DNA of 64,000 bases from an uncultured delta proteobacterium (GTDB lineage Bacteria; Myxococcota; Myxococcia; SLRQ01), in NCBI GenBank assembly GCA_963727485.1, contig CAVSGM010000001.1, positions 544,001 through 608,000 of the forward strand, given 5' to 3'. Of the stretch, positions 39,290-50,503 are shown in pieces. Under the pieces are notes generated by a model, which saw only the letters and a program-made list of their open reading frames with translations, was not told where the DNA came from and searched no databases. Each line of letters opens with the position of its first letter. Position 1 is the first letter of the stretch. Position numbers and translations under genes: made by a program.

Positions 39290-39931
39290 TCAGGCGGCGC
39301 CCGTGGGGGCGTCGGGCTGGCGGTCGGGGTGGGCGGCCTGGAAGGCCTCCCTCTCCTGGCACGCCGCCTCGACCCGGGTGAGGGTGGGGTAGGGGGCGAG
39401 GTCCACGCCGTAGCGGCGGGCGTTGTAGAGCTGGGGGACGAGGCAGCAGTCGGCGAAGCTCACCGCGTCGCCGACCAGGTAGGCGCCGGCGGTCTCCTTG
39501 GCCATGGCCTCGAGGGCCGCGAGGCCCCGGGCGATGAAGCTCGCGGCCCAGGCCTGCTTGTCCTGGCCCAGGGCCTCGAGCTGCTTGAGCACCGACGCGT
39601 TCTGCACCGGCTGGATCCCGGCGTTGACCACCTCGGCGAGCTGGCGGACCCGGGCCCGGGCGAGGGCGCCCTCGGGGAGCAGCGGCGGCGCGGGGTGGGT
39701 CTCCTCGAGGTACTCGAGGATGGCGAGGCTCTGGGTGATCGCGGTGCCGTCGCCTGTGACCAGGGTCGGGACCTGGCGCAGGGGGTTGAGGCGCCGGTAG
39801 GCCTCGGCGTGCTGCTCACCGCCGCCGCGCACCAGGTGCACCGCCTGGTACTCGTAGGCGAGGCCCTTGAGGTTCAGGGCGATGCGGACGCGCCAGCTGC
39901 AGGAGCTGCGCCAGTAGCTGTACAGCTTCAT
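39290..39931 (-). CDS. maiA: Maleylacetoacetate isomerase (GST zeta)
   Basis: LYSYWRSSCSWRVRIALNLKG, AHPDRQPDA. Confidence 0.95.
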   Translation of the reverse strand: MKLYSYWRSSCSWRVRIALNLKGLAYEYQAVHLVRGGGEQHAEAYRRLNPLRQVPTLVTGDGTAITQSLAILEYLEETHPAPPLLPEGALARARVRQLAEVVNAGIQPVQNASVLKQLEALGQDKQAWAASFIARGLAALEAMAKETAGAYLVGDAVSFADCCLVPQLYNARRYGVDLAPYPTLTRVEAACQEREAFQAAHPDRQPDAPTGAA

Positions 39932-39934
39932 CCG

Positions 39935-40912
39935 TCAGCCCTCGACCACGGTCTGGTCGATGCACCCGAACACGCTGCGGCCGGCGCCGTCGAGCATCTC
40001 GATCTGGATCCGGTCGCCGACCTTCATGAACGGGGTCACCGGGGCGCCCTGGTCGAGGGTCTCCCGGGTCCGGCGCTCGGCGAGGCAGGAGACGCCCCTT
40101 GCCGGGTCGGCGTTGGAGATGGTCCCGCTGCCGAGGATGGTGCCCGCGGTGAACGCCCGGGTCCGGGTGATGTGGGCGAGGAGGTCGTGGAAGGAGAAGT
40201 GCATCTCCGGTCCCGCCTCGGGGTCGCCGGCGAGCTCGCCGTTGAGCACCGAGCGCAGGCGCAGGTGGACCCGGCCGCCTTGCCAGGCGTCGCCGAGCTC
40301 GTCGGGGGTCACCGCGAACGGCGAGAAGGCGGTGGCGGGCTTGGACTGGAAGAACCCGAAGCCCTTCTTCAGCTCGCCGGGGACCAGGTGGCGCAGGGTC
40401 ACGTCGTTGCAGAGCATCAAGAGGCGGATGTGCGACCCGGCGTCCTCGGCGGCGACGCCCAGGGGGGTGTCGTCGAGGATGGCGCAGATCTCCCCCTCGA
40501 AGTCGAGGCCCCACTCGGGGTCCACCAGGGCGAGGTCGTCGGTGGGCCCGAGGAGGACCCCCGAGCCGCCCTGGTAGACCAGCGGGCTGGTCTCCACGTC
40601 GGCGGGGGGCTCGGCGCCCCGGGCCTTTCGCACCAGGATGATGTGGTTGATGTAGGCCGAGCCGTCGACCCACTCGTAGGCCCGTGGCAGCGGCGGGGCG
40701 AGCTGCCCGGGATCGAGGGGCACGCCGGCCACCTTGCCGCTGGCGAGGTCGGCGGCGAGGGCCTCGAGGGCGCCCTCCACGTGGTCCCAGTCGTCGAGGG
40801 CGGCCTGGAGGGTCGGAGCCACGTCGGTGGCGGGGGCGCAGCGTGTGCCGCTGGGGTGGACGACGACCAGGGCGCCGTCACGGCTTCCGTCTCGGAGGGT
40901 GGCGAGTCGCAT
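39935..40912 (-). CDS. fahA: Fumarylacetoacetate hydrolase family protein
   Basis: DGSAYINH, DFEGE, NDVTLR, FFQSKP, GSGTISN; in tyrosine catabolism operon. Confidence 0.9.
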   Translation of the reverse strand: MRLATLRDGSRDGALVVVHPSGTRCAPATDVAPTLQAALDDWDHVEGALEALAADLASGKVAGVPLDPGQLAPPLPRAYEWVDGSAYINHIILVRKARGAEPPADVETSPLVYQGGSGVLLGPTDDLALVDPEWGLDFEGEICAILDDTPLGVAAEDAGSHIRLLMLCNDVTLRHLVPGELKKGFGFFQSKPATAFSPFAVTPDELGDAWQGGRVHLRLRSVLNGELAGDPEAGPEMHFSFHDLLAHITRTRAFTAGTILGSGTISNADPARGVSCLAERRTRETLDQGAPVTPFMKVGDRIQIEMLDGAGRSVFGCIDQTVVEG

Positions 40913-40989
40913 GGGCTGCGGGTATCACGCGCGCGCCGGGACCGGCAACCTCGGGCGCCTCGGCTCGGTGGAGGTCGGACGCACAGCGG

Positions 40990-41592
40990 TCAGCGCCGCC
41001 ACCAGGCGAAGGTCGAGGCCGTGGGGTCCCAGTAGACGTGGAACGCCGGGCATCGGCCGTCGTCCACCCGCACCCCGCGCAGGGACGGATGGGCCCGGGC
41101 GAAGCGGGCCCCGGCGACGACCCCGGTGCACCCGGGCGCCTGGCCGGCGCCCTGGCACCCGAGCTTCGCCAGGGGCGGGTGCACCGTCTCGGCGGTGAGG
41201 GTCACCTCGGCGCGGCACAGGGATCCCGGGGCGTGGGGCCTCACCGGGAGGCGGATGAGGCGCACCGGGCCCGGGCGGGTGGTGGGCCCGGCGATGAGCC
41301 CCAGGACCACGGCTCCGCCGGTACGCCCCCGGTAGACCTGGTCGGTGACGCCGTCGCCGGTGAGGTCGGCGGCGAGGACCGGCAGGGGCTGCCAGGTCAC
41401 GTCGGGCGCGGCCGCGCGCAGGGCCTCGGTGGGGTCGGGAGCGGACGGGCCCAGGGCGCCCGGGTCGGACCCCAACGGCCGGGGACCGGTGGCGCAGCCG
41501 GCGGCGAGGATCACCGCCCCGGCGAGGGGGAGGACGCCGGCGAGGGCGGCCGGCAGCCGGGCGAGCAGGTGACGACGGGCACCCACAATCAC
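40990..41592 (-). CDS. Hypothetical lipoprotein
   Basis: Lipobox [14 protein letters not shown]a-binding-like motif; GTGA overlap with upstream gene. Confidence 0.6.
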   Translation of the reverse strand: MIVGARRHLLARLPAALAGVLPLAGAVILAAGCATGPRPLGSDPGALGPSAPDPTEALRAAAPDVTWQPLPVLAADLTGDGVTDQVYRGRTGGAVVLGLIAGPTTRPGPVRLIRLPVRPHAPGSLCRAEVTLTAETVHPPLAKLGCQGAGQAPGCTGVVAGARFARAHPSLRGVRVDDGRCPAFHVYWDPTASTFAWWRR

Positions 41593-42056
41593 ACCGCGTG
41601 GGCGCCGATGACCTCGGGCGGGGCCTGCACCAGCTCGATGAGCACCCCGGCGCCGCCCACCGGGCTGGCGTCGTTGCCCTTGGGGTGGATGAAGCACACG
41701 TCGTGGCCGGCGGCGCCCTGGCGGATGCCCCCGGGGGTGAAGCGCACGCCCTTTGCCGAGAGCCAGTCCACCGCCGCCTCGAGGTCGTCGACCCACAGGC
41801 CGATGTGGTTCAGGGCGGGCTCGTGGACCTTGGGCCGGCCGTCCGGGTCCACCGGCTGCATCAGGTCGACCTCCACCGCGGTGGGGCCGTCGCCGAGGCG
41901 GGCGATGTCCTCGTCGACGTTCTCCCGCTCGCTCTTGAAGTTCCCGATCTGCGGGAGGCCGAAGAGGTCCAGCCACAGGTGGCGGAGGGCGTCCTTGTCG
42001 GGGCCGCCGAGGGCGACCTGCTGGAGGCCGAGGATGCGGAAGGGACAATCGGGCAT
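41589..42056 (-). CDS. VOC-family protein (methylmalonyl-CoA epimerase-like)
   Basis: [40 protein letters not shown]. Confidence 0.85.
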   Translation of the reverse strand: MPDCPFRILGLQQVALGGPDKDALRHLWLDLFGLPQIGNFKSERENVDEDIARLGDGPTAVEVDLMQPVDPDGRPKVHEPALNHIGLWVDDLEAAVDWLSAKGVRFTPGGIRQGAAGHDVCFIHPKGNDASPVGGAGVLIELVQAPPEVIGAHAV

Positions 42057-42156
42057 GGTCGCTCCTGGGGCTCGGGGAGGGGGCAACATAGATCGGCGCG
42101 GGCGGCGTGTCTTCCGGGCGGCCGGCCCCGGCTGGTTCTGGGTTAGGCTGTAGCCC

Positions 42157-45100
42157 ATGACCCGGTCCCGCCTCCTCTCCGTCGCCCTCACCCTCGCCCT
42201 CGTCCCGGCCTGCGCCCACGCGCCCGGGCTCGCCTCCGGCGGCGGGCCCGGCGGCGCGCCCTTCGCCGCGTCCCCGGCGGACCTCCTCGCCGCCGCCACG
42301 GCCGCCGGCCGCCCGGGCGACGCCCAGACCACGACCCTCTTCGAGGGCGTCCACTACACCCTCGACCTCCAGGGCCGGCAGGTGTGGGACCTGTGGCGCG
42401 TCCTCCAGGTCCACACCGACGACGCGGTGCGCGCCCACGGCATCCTCCGGGTGGGCTTCGAGCCGGGCTACCAGGACAAGCCCCTCATCGAGGCCCGGGT
42501 GATCACCAGCGACGGGCGGGTCCACCGCCTCGACCCCACGACCCTCTCGGTGCGGGGCGCAAGCGACGACGCCGACCAGGAGAATCGACGGCAACCGGGA
42601 CCTGGTCGCGCCCCTGCCGGCGGTGGCCCCGGGCGCGGTCATCGAGGAGCACGTGCGCATCACCGACCGCAAGGTCCTCGATCCCGGGAGCGCCTACGGC
42701 CGCTACCTCATCGGCGACCGGATCCCGGTGCAGGCCACCCGCATCGAGCTCGACGCCCCGGCGTCGCTGCCCCTCCACTACCTGGTCGCCGGGCTCCCCA
42801 AGGCCCACCCGGTGGTCACCACCCGGGCGGGCCACACCCACCTGGTGCTCACCGTGGGGCCCCGGAAGGCGGTGGACGACCTCGAGTCCGACGCTCCCAC
42901 CGACCTGGTGCAGTGGCCCTACTTCGCGTTTGCCACCGGGCAGAGCTGGCAGGCGGTGGCCACCGTCTACGCGGGTCTCGTCGACCGGCAGATCGCCGGG
43001 GCGGACCTGAAGGCCCAGGTGGCCAAGGCCGTCGCCGGGGCCCAGGGCCGCCGCGCCCGCATCGACCGGATCCTCGAGAGGCTCTCCTCGCGCATCCGCT
43101 ACACCGGCATCGAGCTGGGCCAGGGCGCCATCGTCCCCCGGACCCCGGCCCAGACCCTGGCCCGGGGCTTCGGCGACTGCAAGGACAAGGCGGCGCTGGT
43201 GGTGGCCTGGCTGCGAGCCGCCGGGATCCCCGCCCACGTGGCCCTCCTCGACACCTCCGACCGCCACGACGTCGACGCCGCGCTCCCGGCCCTCGGGGTC
43301 TTCGACCACGCCATCGTCTACGTCCCCGGGACCCCGGCCCTGTGGATCGATCCCACCGACCGCGAGCGCCCCGCCGGATCCCTGCCTTCCGGGGACAGCG
43401 GGCGCCTGGCCCTGGTGGCGGCTCGGGCGACCACCGGCCTCATCCGCATCCCCGCCGCCCGCGCCGCCGACAACGTGTTCTCCGACCACCGGGAGCTCGA
43501 CCTCCCGGACATCGGCTGGGCGAAGATGACCCTCAAGCGCACCTTCGTCGGCCGCTTCGCCGCCACCTACCGCAGCGCCCTGGCAAAGGGCAGCGAGAAG
43601 CGGCTCCACACCCACCTCGAGGGCTTCGTGAAGCGCCGCTTCCAGGCGAAGGCCCTCGACCGCCTCACCCATGGCCCCCTCGACGACCTCGAGGCGCCGG
43701 TGAAGATCACCCTGGAGATGGACCGCGCCGGCCGGGGCCGCAGCGACGGGCTCCAGTCGGCGGTGGCCGCGGTGCAGGACGAGAGCCTCTTCGACTTCCT
43801 CCCCGACTACCTCACCGACTCCGCCGACGCCTCGGCCCCCGAGCGCAAGACCGAGCTCATCCTCGCCGAGCCCTACGTCGCGAAGATCCACTACCGGATC
43901 GTGCCCCCGGCGGGGATGACCGTGCGCCACCTGCCCCGGGACGACGGCTTCCAGGTGGGCCCGACGCGCTTCACCCGCCACTTCCACCGGGCCGCCTCGG
44001 GGGGGGTGACCGTGGACGAGCGCTTCGACACCGGCGACGGGCACCTCACGCCCCACCAGGCCCGGGAGCTCCACCTGAAGGTCCACGCGGAGATGCGTCA
44101 CCCGCCGCGCATGGTCTACTTCGAGCTGAAGCCGGCGGTCGACCTCGCCGCCGGGAAGGCCCGGGAGGCCTTCGCCGGCTACCGCAAGCTCGCCCACACG
44201 CCGCCCACCGCCCTCGACGCCGCGCGTCTCGCCGAGGGGCTGCGCAGCTTCGGCCTCGGTGCGCTGGCCAGGCAGTGGGCCCGGAAGGCGACCACCCTGG
44301 ACCCCAAGAGCGTGATCGCCTGGACCGAGCTGGGCCACACCCTCACCGCCGACGTCTTCGGGCGCGAGTTCCACCGGGGCCTCGATCGCGCGGGCGCCAT
44401 CGCCGCCTACCGGCACGCCCTGTCCCTCAGGGAGACCGCCCTCATCCACCAGAACCTCGGGGCCCTCTACGAGCGCAACGACGCCGGCGTGTCCTTCGGC
44501 CCCGGGGCCGATCTCGCGAAGGCCATCGTGGAGCTCCGCGCCGCCCGGAAGCTCAATCCCGCGCCCCACCGGGACCTGGCCCTGATGGGCGCCCTGCTCC
44601 ACGCCGGCAAGTACGACGCGGCGGTGAAGGTCGGCGAGAAGGCCTCCGCCTCCCACCGGCGCAGCCTCCTGCTCCTCTCGGCGTTGGCGCTCCGGGACGG
44701 GGTGGACGCCGCGCGCACCCGGGCCTCGCAGCTCGCCAGCGACGGCAACCCCTCGCTGCTCCTGATGCAGACCACCGGGGCCCTCCTCGCCTTCCGCGCC
44801 TACCCCCAGGCGGTGGCCCTGGCCCGGAGCATCGGCTTCGAGCGCCTGGGGCAGGTGGGCACGCTGCTGGCGAGCATCGGGGACCGGCTGCGTCGCACCG
44901 ACGCGGTGAAGCCCGGCCCCGGGGCCCTGGGCCTGGTGCGGGCCCTGGTGCCCCAGGCCACCGGCGTCGCGGGCGGATCCCTGCGCCGGTGGCTGACGCC
45001 GAGGCTCTCGGAGCGCATCCCCAAGGACATGGTCTTCCCCGCCTTCTTCAAGGTCCCCGGGGCGCCGGACACGAGCCTCGCCGCCCTGGAGAGCATGGTG

Positions 45101-46276
45101 CCCGGCCTCATGGGCGACATCGCCAACGCCATCGCCGTGCTCGAGGACGACGGCGTGGTGGGAGGCGTCCACCGGATTCGCGTGACCACCGCCGACGACG
45201 AGGACGCGGGCATGGCCTACTACGTGGTCCAGGAGAAGGGCGAGCCCCGGCTCCTGGCGAGCGGCCGGTTCACCGCGCCGCTCGGCCGGGCCGCCCTCGA
45301 CGCCCTCGACGCCGGCCACCTCGACGACGCCCGCAAGCTCCTGGACTGGGCCTACCAGGGTGTCACCTCGCCGCCGGCCAGCCTCCCCGGTGAGCCCTTC
45401 GACGGCCTCTGGGGCAAGGACCAGCCCCGAAAGGTCGAGGACGCCCGGCGGGCGGCCCTGGTGCTCCAGGCGGTGGGCTTCCACCCGAAGCCGGCGCTGC
45501 GGCCCCTGGCGGCGCTCCTCGCCCACACCCCGAAGCGGGCGCGGAAGCGCCGCGACGCCCTCGCCCTGGCCCTCGCCGTGGGGTCGGCGACCGCGGGCCG
45601 GACGAAGCAGGCGGTGAAGCTCGCCGAGGGCCTCCTCACCCACCACGACGACGAGGCCTGGCGGCGTCTCGCCTTCTCCTTCGCCCTCCGGGACCACGGG
45701 GTGAAGCTGGCCCGCGGGCTCCTGCGCAGCGTGGGCAAGGCGCACCCCGACGAGCGGGCGGTGGTGGAGGCCCGGGAGTACGTCGCCGTCCGCCGGCGGG
45801 ACCTCTCCGCCGCCACCCAGGCCCTGAAGGCGGCGGTGGACGCCGGGAGCGGCGACGCCGAGGTGGAGAACGAGCTGGCCAACCTGGCCCTCTTCGGGAA
45901 GATCCCCCTCCACCGGGGGCTGGCGCTGGCCAAGGAGGCGGTGCGCCACAGCGGGCGCAAGCAGGACTCCATCCTCAACACCCTGGCGGTGCTCCAGGCC
46001 TTCTCCGGCAAGGACGCCGAGGCCCGGCACAGCCTCCTCTCGACCCTGGCCCTCCACGACGACGGCGCGCCCCTGCCCTCGGACTGGTTCGTGGTGGCCC
46101 GGCTCGAGGAGGACCTGGGCTTCCCCGCCGCCGCCGCCCGGGACTACCTCCGGGTGCGCCAGGAGTGGGACCCGGCCGACCCCGACGGCGCCAACAACTA
46201 CTGGATGGTGGCGAAGAAGCGCCTCGCCGCCCTGAAGGCCAAGGGGATCAAGGTGCCGGCGGCCCCCCGGCCCTGA
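42157..46276 (+). CDS. DUF3857 + transglutaminase-like + TPR lipoprotein, frameshift near 42585
   Basis: Lipobox [21 protein letters not shown] Cys, FDHAIV His, WIDPT Asp; TPR-like helices. Confidence 0.8.
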
Positions 46277-46359
46277 GGGGCGCGGCTTCGACCCTCGCCT
46301 CGGCGCATGGTCCGCGCGCGCCCGCCGGGCTACATTGGCCGCCACCCACCGGAGGGACC

Positions 46360-46773
46360 ATGCACCATCGCGCGCGCTTCGAGATCGAGACCGAGGGACG
46401 GGGAACCGTGGACCTCACCGAGCGGGTCCAGGCGGCCGTCGCCGACTCGGGCATCCGCGAGGGGCTGGCCACCGTCTTCCTCCACCACACCAGCGCCTCG
46501 CTGATGATCTGCGAGAACGCCGACCCCGACGTCCGCGCGGATCTCGAGCGCTTCCTCTCGCGCCTGGTCCCCGACGGCGACCCAATCTTCGCGCACACCG
46601 ACGAGGGCCCCGACGACATGCCCTCCCACGTGCGCACCCTCCTCACCCGCACCTCCATCGGCCTCCCGGTGGCCGAGGGGCGGTGCGATCTCGGGACCTG
46701 GCAGGGGCTCTACCTCTACGAGCACCGCCACCGCGGCCACCGGCGGCGGGTCTCGGTGACCGTGGTGGGATGA
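46360..46773 (+). CDS. YjbQ/UPF0047 family protein
   Basis: HTSASL..ENADPDV..DL, HTDEGPDDMPSH, LGTWQG.YL.EHR. Confidence 0.92.
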   Translation: MHHRARFEIETEGRGTVDLTERVQAAVADSGIREGLATVFLHHTSASLMICENADPDVRADLERFLSRLVPDGDPIFAHTDEGPDDMPSHVRTLLTRTSIGLPVAEGRCDLGTWQGLYLYEHRHRGHRRRVSVTVVG

Positions 46774-46829
46774 CGTCGGGTGCCCTGGCCCCGCCGGGTC
46801 GGTGCTAGAGTGGGCCCAAAGGGGGGGCG

Positions 46830-47417
46830 ATGGGTTACGTACGAGACTACCTGGACGGCTTGCCGGCGGGCATCGAGTCCTACCCGGACCAGCGCGCCAA
46901 GGCCTCCGCCTACCGGGCGTTCCTCGAGGGCCTGCCGGCGGGCGACCTGGCCGGGGCCCTGCCGGCTCCGGTGCGCCACCTGGTCACCGATCCCGAGCCG
47001 GTGACCGCCTGGATCACCGAGGTCCACGCCAACGTCCTCTACCTCGCAGCCGTGGACGTCCTCTTCGACGGCGAGGCCGACTTCCTCGACCACTACGAGC
47101 GGATGAACGAGCGGCTCCTCGGCGGGCCCCTCTACCGGATGCTGATGAGGGTCGCCTCGCCCGGGATCATCGTCCGGGGCGCGGCGGCGCGGTGGGACAG
47201 CTTCCATCGGGGGGTCACCCTCGAGGCCGAGGGCACCGGGCCCAACGCCGCCAAAGTGACCCTCACCTGGCCTCCGGCGATCTACACGCGCCTCATCGCC
47301 GAGGGCTACGCCCGCGCGTTCGTGGTGGCCCTGCGCCTGGCCGGGGGCAAGGACGCGGCCCTCGAGCTCACGGAGTTCACCGCCACCGGCGCCCGATACC
47401 GGGGCACCTGGGGCTGA
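46830..47417 (+). CDS. DUF2378-like myxobacterial protein (copy 1)
   Basis: 195 aa; paralogous to next gene; family call from recollection. Confidence 0.7.
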   Translation: MGYVRDYLDGLPAGIESYPDQRAKASAYRAFLEGLPAGDLAGALPAPVRHLVTDPEPVTAWITEVHANVLYLAAVDVLFDGEADFLDHYERMNERLLGGPLYRMLMRVASPGIIVRGAAARWDSFHRGVTLEAEGTGPNAAKVTLTWPPAIYTRLIAEGYARAFVVALRLAGGKDAALELTEFTATGARYRGTWG

Positions 47418-47464
47418 CCGGCGGGGTTCCCCCAGGTCCAGCGGCCAGGGTAGCCTTGCACGGC

Positions 47465-48052
47465 ATGTCGTACCTGCAGACCTACCTCGACGCCCTGCCC
47501 CAGGGCGAGGAGTCCTACCCCGACTACCTGCAGAAGGCTGCGGTGTACCGGCAGTTCCTGGACCTGATGCCCATGGCCCCGGTGGCCGACGTGCTCCCGG
47601 CGCCCCTGCGCCACCTGGTCCTCGACCCCGAGCCGGTGAGCGCCTGGATCCCCGAGGTCCATCTCAACGCCGTCTACCTCGCCGCCCGGGACGTGGCCTT
47701 CGTCGATGACCAGGCCTACCGCGACCATTGGCGGAGAGTGAACGAGACCCTGCTCTCCGGCCGGCTCTACCGGATGTTGATGCGGGTGGCCTCGCCGACG
47801 GTGGTCATCCGCGGCGCCGGGAGCCGGTGGAGCAGCTTCCACCGCGGGGTGGGCCTGCACCTCGACAGGGTCGATCAGGGCCAGCTCGCGGCCCGACTCA
47901 CCTACCCGGCGCACCTCATCCCCGAGCCCCTCGCCGAGAGCTACGCCATGGCCCTCCAGGTGGCCCTGGAGGTCGCCGGGGCCCGGTCCGCGCGGATCGT
48001 CGCGCAGGCCTACACGCCCACCGAGATCAGCCTCGTGGGCAGCTGGTCCTGA
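47465..48052 (+). CDS. DUF2378-like myxobacterial protein (copy 2)
   Basis: 195 aa; shares ESYPD, DPEPV.AWI.EVH, LYRMLMRVASP, SFHRGV with copy 1. Confidence 0.7.
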   Translation: MSYLQTYLDALPQGEESYPDYLQKAAVYRQFLDLMPMAPVADVLPAPLRHLVLDPEPVSAWIPEVHLNAVYLAARDVAFVDDQAYRDHWRRVNETLLSGRLYRMLMRVASPTVVIRGAGSRWSSFHRGVGLHLDRVDQGQLAARLTYPAHLIPEPLAESYAMALQVALEVAGARSARIVAQAYTPTEISLVGSWS

Positions 48053-48544
48053 TCAGCCGCCCCGGCGCTCGAGGACCCGGAACACCAGCCCCGGGGTCTC
48101 GCCCTCGCGCCTCGAGGTCTCCTGCCACTCGGCGGGATCGAGCTCGGGGAAGGTGGTGTCCCCCTGCACCTGGAGGGGCACCTCGGTGAGGTAGATGCGG
48201 GTGGCCAGCGGCAGGGCCAGCCGGTAGATGGCGCCGCCGCCGATGATCATCGGCAGCGCGTCGGTCTCCCGGGCGGCGGCGATGGCGGCGGCGAGCTGGT
48301 CGAAGACCTCGGCGCCCTCGAGGGTGAGGCCCGGGCGCCGGCTCACCACCAGGTTTCGGCGCCGGGGCAGCGGCCGGCCCACCTCGTCCCAGGTGCGCCG
48401 GCCCATGATCACCGCGTGGCCGGTGGTGAGGTGCTTGAAGTACTTGAGATCCTCGGGGAGGTGCCAGGGCAGGCCCCCCTCACGCCCGATGATCCGGTCC
48501 GGGCTCACGGCGGCGACGAGCGCCAACGGCGCGCGCGCGGACAT
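48053..48544 (-). CDS. folA: Dihydrofolate reductase
   Basis: IIGREGGLPWHLPEDLKYFK, IMGRRTW, RPLPRRRNLVVS, IIGGGAIY, GDTTFP. Confidence 0.95.
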   Translation of the reverse strand: MSARAPLALVAAVSPDRIIGREGGLPWHLPEDLKYFKHLTTGHAVIMGRRTWDEVGRPLPRRRNLVVSRRPGLTLEGAEVFDQLAAAIAAARETDALPMIIGGGAIYRLALPLATRIYLTEVPLQVQGDTTFPELDPAEWQETSRREGETPGLVFRVLERRGG

Positions 48545-49386
48545 CAGACGGCGACCTCGGCCTTGATGTGCGGGTGGGGGTCGTAGCCCTCGAGGCGGAA
48601 GTGCTCGTACTCGAAGTCCTCCAGACGGGTCACCGAGGCCTCGAGGTGCATGGTGGGCAGGGCCCTGGGCTCCCGGGTGATCTGGAGGCGCGCCTGCTCC
48701 AGGTGGTTCCGGTAGAGGTGGGCGTCGCCGAGGCTGTGGACGAAGGTGCCGGGCTTCAGCCCGGTGACCTGGGCCACCATCAAGGTGAGCAGGGCGTAGC
48801 TGGCGATGTTGAAGGGCACCCCCAGGAACACGTCGCCGCTGCGCTGGTAGAGCTGGCAGGAGAGCTCCCCGTCCTGCACGTAGAACTGGAAGAGGGTGTG
48901 GCAGGGGGGCAGGGCGACCTGGTCGGCCTCCTTCGGGTGCCAGCCGCTGACCACGATCCGCCGGCTGTGGGGCCGCTCGCGGATGAGGGCGACGGCCCGG
49001 GCGATCTGGTCCACGCCGTCGCCTTCGTAGGTGCCGTCGGGGCGGAGGGTGGCGCCGAAGTTCCGCCACTGGTGGCCATAGATCGGCCCCAGGTCCCCTT
49101 CGGCGCGGCCGAAGCGGGCGCACTGCTCGGCGGTGGACCACGCGTCCCAGATGTGGACCCCCTGCGCCCGCAACCAGTCCGCGCGGGTCTCGCCCCGGAG
49201 GAACCAGAGCAGCTCGTAGATGATGCTCTTGAGGTGGAGCTTCTTGGTGGTGAGCAGGGGGAAGCCGGCGCCGAGGTCGAAGCGCATCTGGTGGCCGAAG
49301 ATGCCCACCGTGCCCACGCCGGTCCGGTCCTCGCGCGGGCGCCCCTCGTCGAGGATCGTCCGCAGGAGATCGAGGTACTGCTTCAC
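48544..49386 (-). CDS. thyA: Thymidylate synthase
   Basis: [45 protein letters not shown]. Confidence 0.97.
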   Translation of the reverse strand: MKQYLDLLRTILDEGRPREDRTGVGTVGIFGHQMRFDLGAGFPLLTTKKLHLKSIIYELLWFLRGETRADWLRAQGVHIWDAWSTAEQCARFGRAEGDLGPIYGHQWRNFGATLRPDGTYEGDGVDQIARAVALIRERPHSRRIVVSGWHPKEADQVALPPCHTLFQFYVQDGELSCQLYQRSGDVFLGVPFNIASYALLTLMVAQVTGLKPGTFVHSLGDAHLYRNHLEQARLQITREPRALPTMHLEASVTRLEDFEYEHFRLEGYDPHPHIKAEVAV

Positions 49387-49407
49387 CGTGCCCTCCTCTC
49401 CCCCGGG

Positions 49408-50493
49408 CTAGTGGGGCACCACGAAGTCCTTGATCACGCCCATGTGCTGCATGCTGGGGGCGGCGCTGTCGGACTGCACCACCGGGCTCACCGCCGTCAG
49501 CGGGGTGAACACCCGGCTGTCGAAGACCAGGCCGTCGGGGAAGGTGTCAGGGCCGACGACCGTGGGCACCTGGTACTGGGCGAGGTCGGTGTCCGGGGCC
49601 ACCCAGTCGTAGGGCTTGGCGCGGCTGGCGTTGGTGCCGCCGTTCCCCGCCTGGTCCACGGGCTCGGTCCCGGTGGTGACCACCACCGCGCCCAGGGTCG
49701 AGAGGCAGGCCTCGGTGCGGCTCGAGGTGTTGAAGTCGCCGCCGATGGCCAGGTAGTCGCCGGCGGGGACGTTCGCCTGGATGGCCGTGACCAGGTCGTG
49801 GGCCTCGGTGTTCCGGGCGCCGCTGGAGCGGGTGAGGAGGTGGACGCTCACCACCCAGAGATCGGTGGGCCCCGGGAGGTCGACGTGGGCCCAGGCGAAG
49901 TCCCGGTTGGAGACGCTGGGGTCGGTCCACTCGCCGGAGGCGACGATGGGGAAGCGGCTGGCGATCCCGTTGGGGATCTGCTCGTTGTCGGTCTCGCGGT
50001 AGTAGGCGTAGCTGGCGCCGAAGGCGGCGTCGATGAAGCCGCGGATCTCGGAGGGGGTGTCCCCGCCGACGTTGAACTCCTGGATCATCGCCACGTCGGG
50101 GTGGAGGCCCTTGAAGATGTGGATGCCCGGGTCGAGGTAGCTCTGGTAGTTCCCGCTGGTGAGGTTGCCGGTCATGATCCGCAGGTGACCGTCCCAGCCG
50201 GTGGTCGTCCCGCCGTCGGTCACCGTCCCGCCGTCGGTGGCGGTCCCACCGTCGGTGGCGGTCCCGCCGTCGGTCACCGTCCCGCCGTCGGTGGCGGCCC
50301 CGCCGTCGGTCACCGAGCCGCCGTCGGTGGTCGTCCCGCCGTCACTCACCGTCCCGCCGTCCCCGGCGCCCCCGTCGGTGACGGCGCCGCCGGCGTCGGC
50401 GAGGGCCCCCCCATCTCCGCCCCCGGCGGCGTCGGGCCCGCAGGCCGGCAGGAGGATCACCAGGAAGGCGGCGAGGACGAATCGGCGCATCAT
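49408..50493 (-). CDS. Endonuclease/exonuclease/phosphatase-family lipoprotein
   Basis: Lipobox LPAC, TDGGT linker, MTGNL, MIQEFN, SVHL, GGDFN, YDWV, C-terminal His. Confidence 0.85.
   Translation of the reverse strand: MMRRFVLAAFLVILLPACGPDAAGGGDGGALADAGGAVTDGGAGDGGTVSDGGTTTDGGSVTDGGAATDGGTVTDGGTATDGGTATDGGTVTDGGTTTGWDGHLRIMTGNLTSGNYQSYLDPGIHIFKGLHPDVAMIQEFNVGGDTPSEIRGFIDAAFGASYAYYRETDNEQIPNGIASRFPIVASGEWTDPSVSNRDFAWAHVDLPGPTDLWVVSVHLLTRSSGARNTEAHDLVTAIQANVPAGDYLAIGGDFNTSSRTEACLSTLGAVVVTTGTEPVDQAGNGGTNASRAKPYDWVAPDTDLAQYQVPTVVGPDTFPDGLVFDSRVFTPLTAVSPVVQSDSAAPSMQHMGVIKDFVVPH
50200..50400 (-). repeat. ~18-bp coding repeats (TDGGxx)n
   Basis: Repeated ccgccgtcggt units encoding the TDGG linker. 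Confidence 0.75.
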
Positions 50494-50503
50494 CGTTCCT
50501 GGT

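Noticed and set aside
48053..49386. Phage-derived nucleotide metabolism island
   Set aside because: thyA-folA is an ordinary bacterial pair with host-like composition and no phage genes
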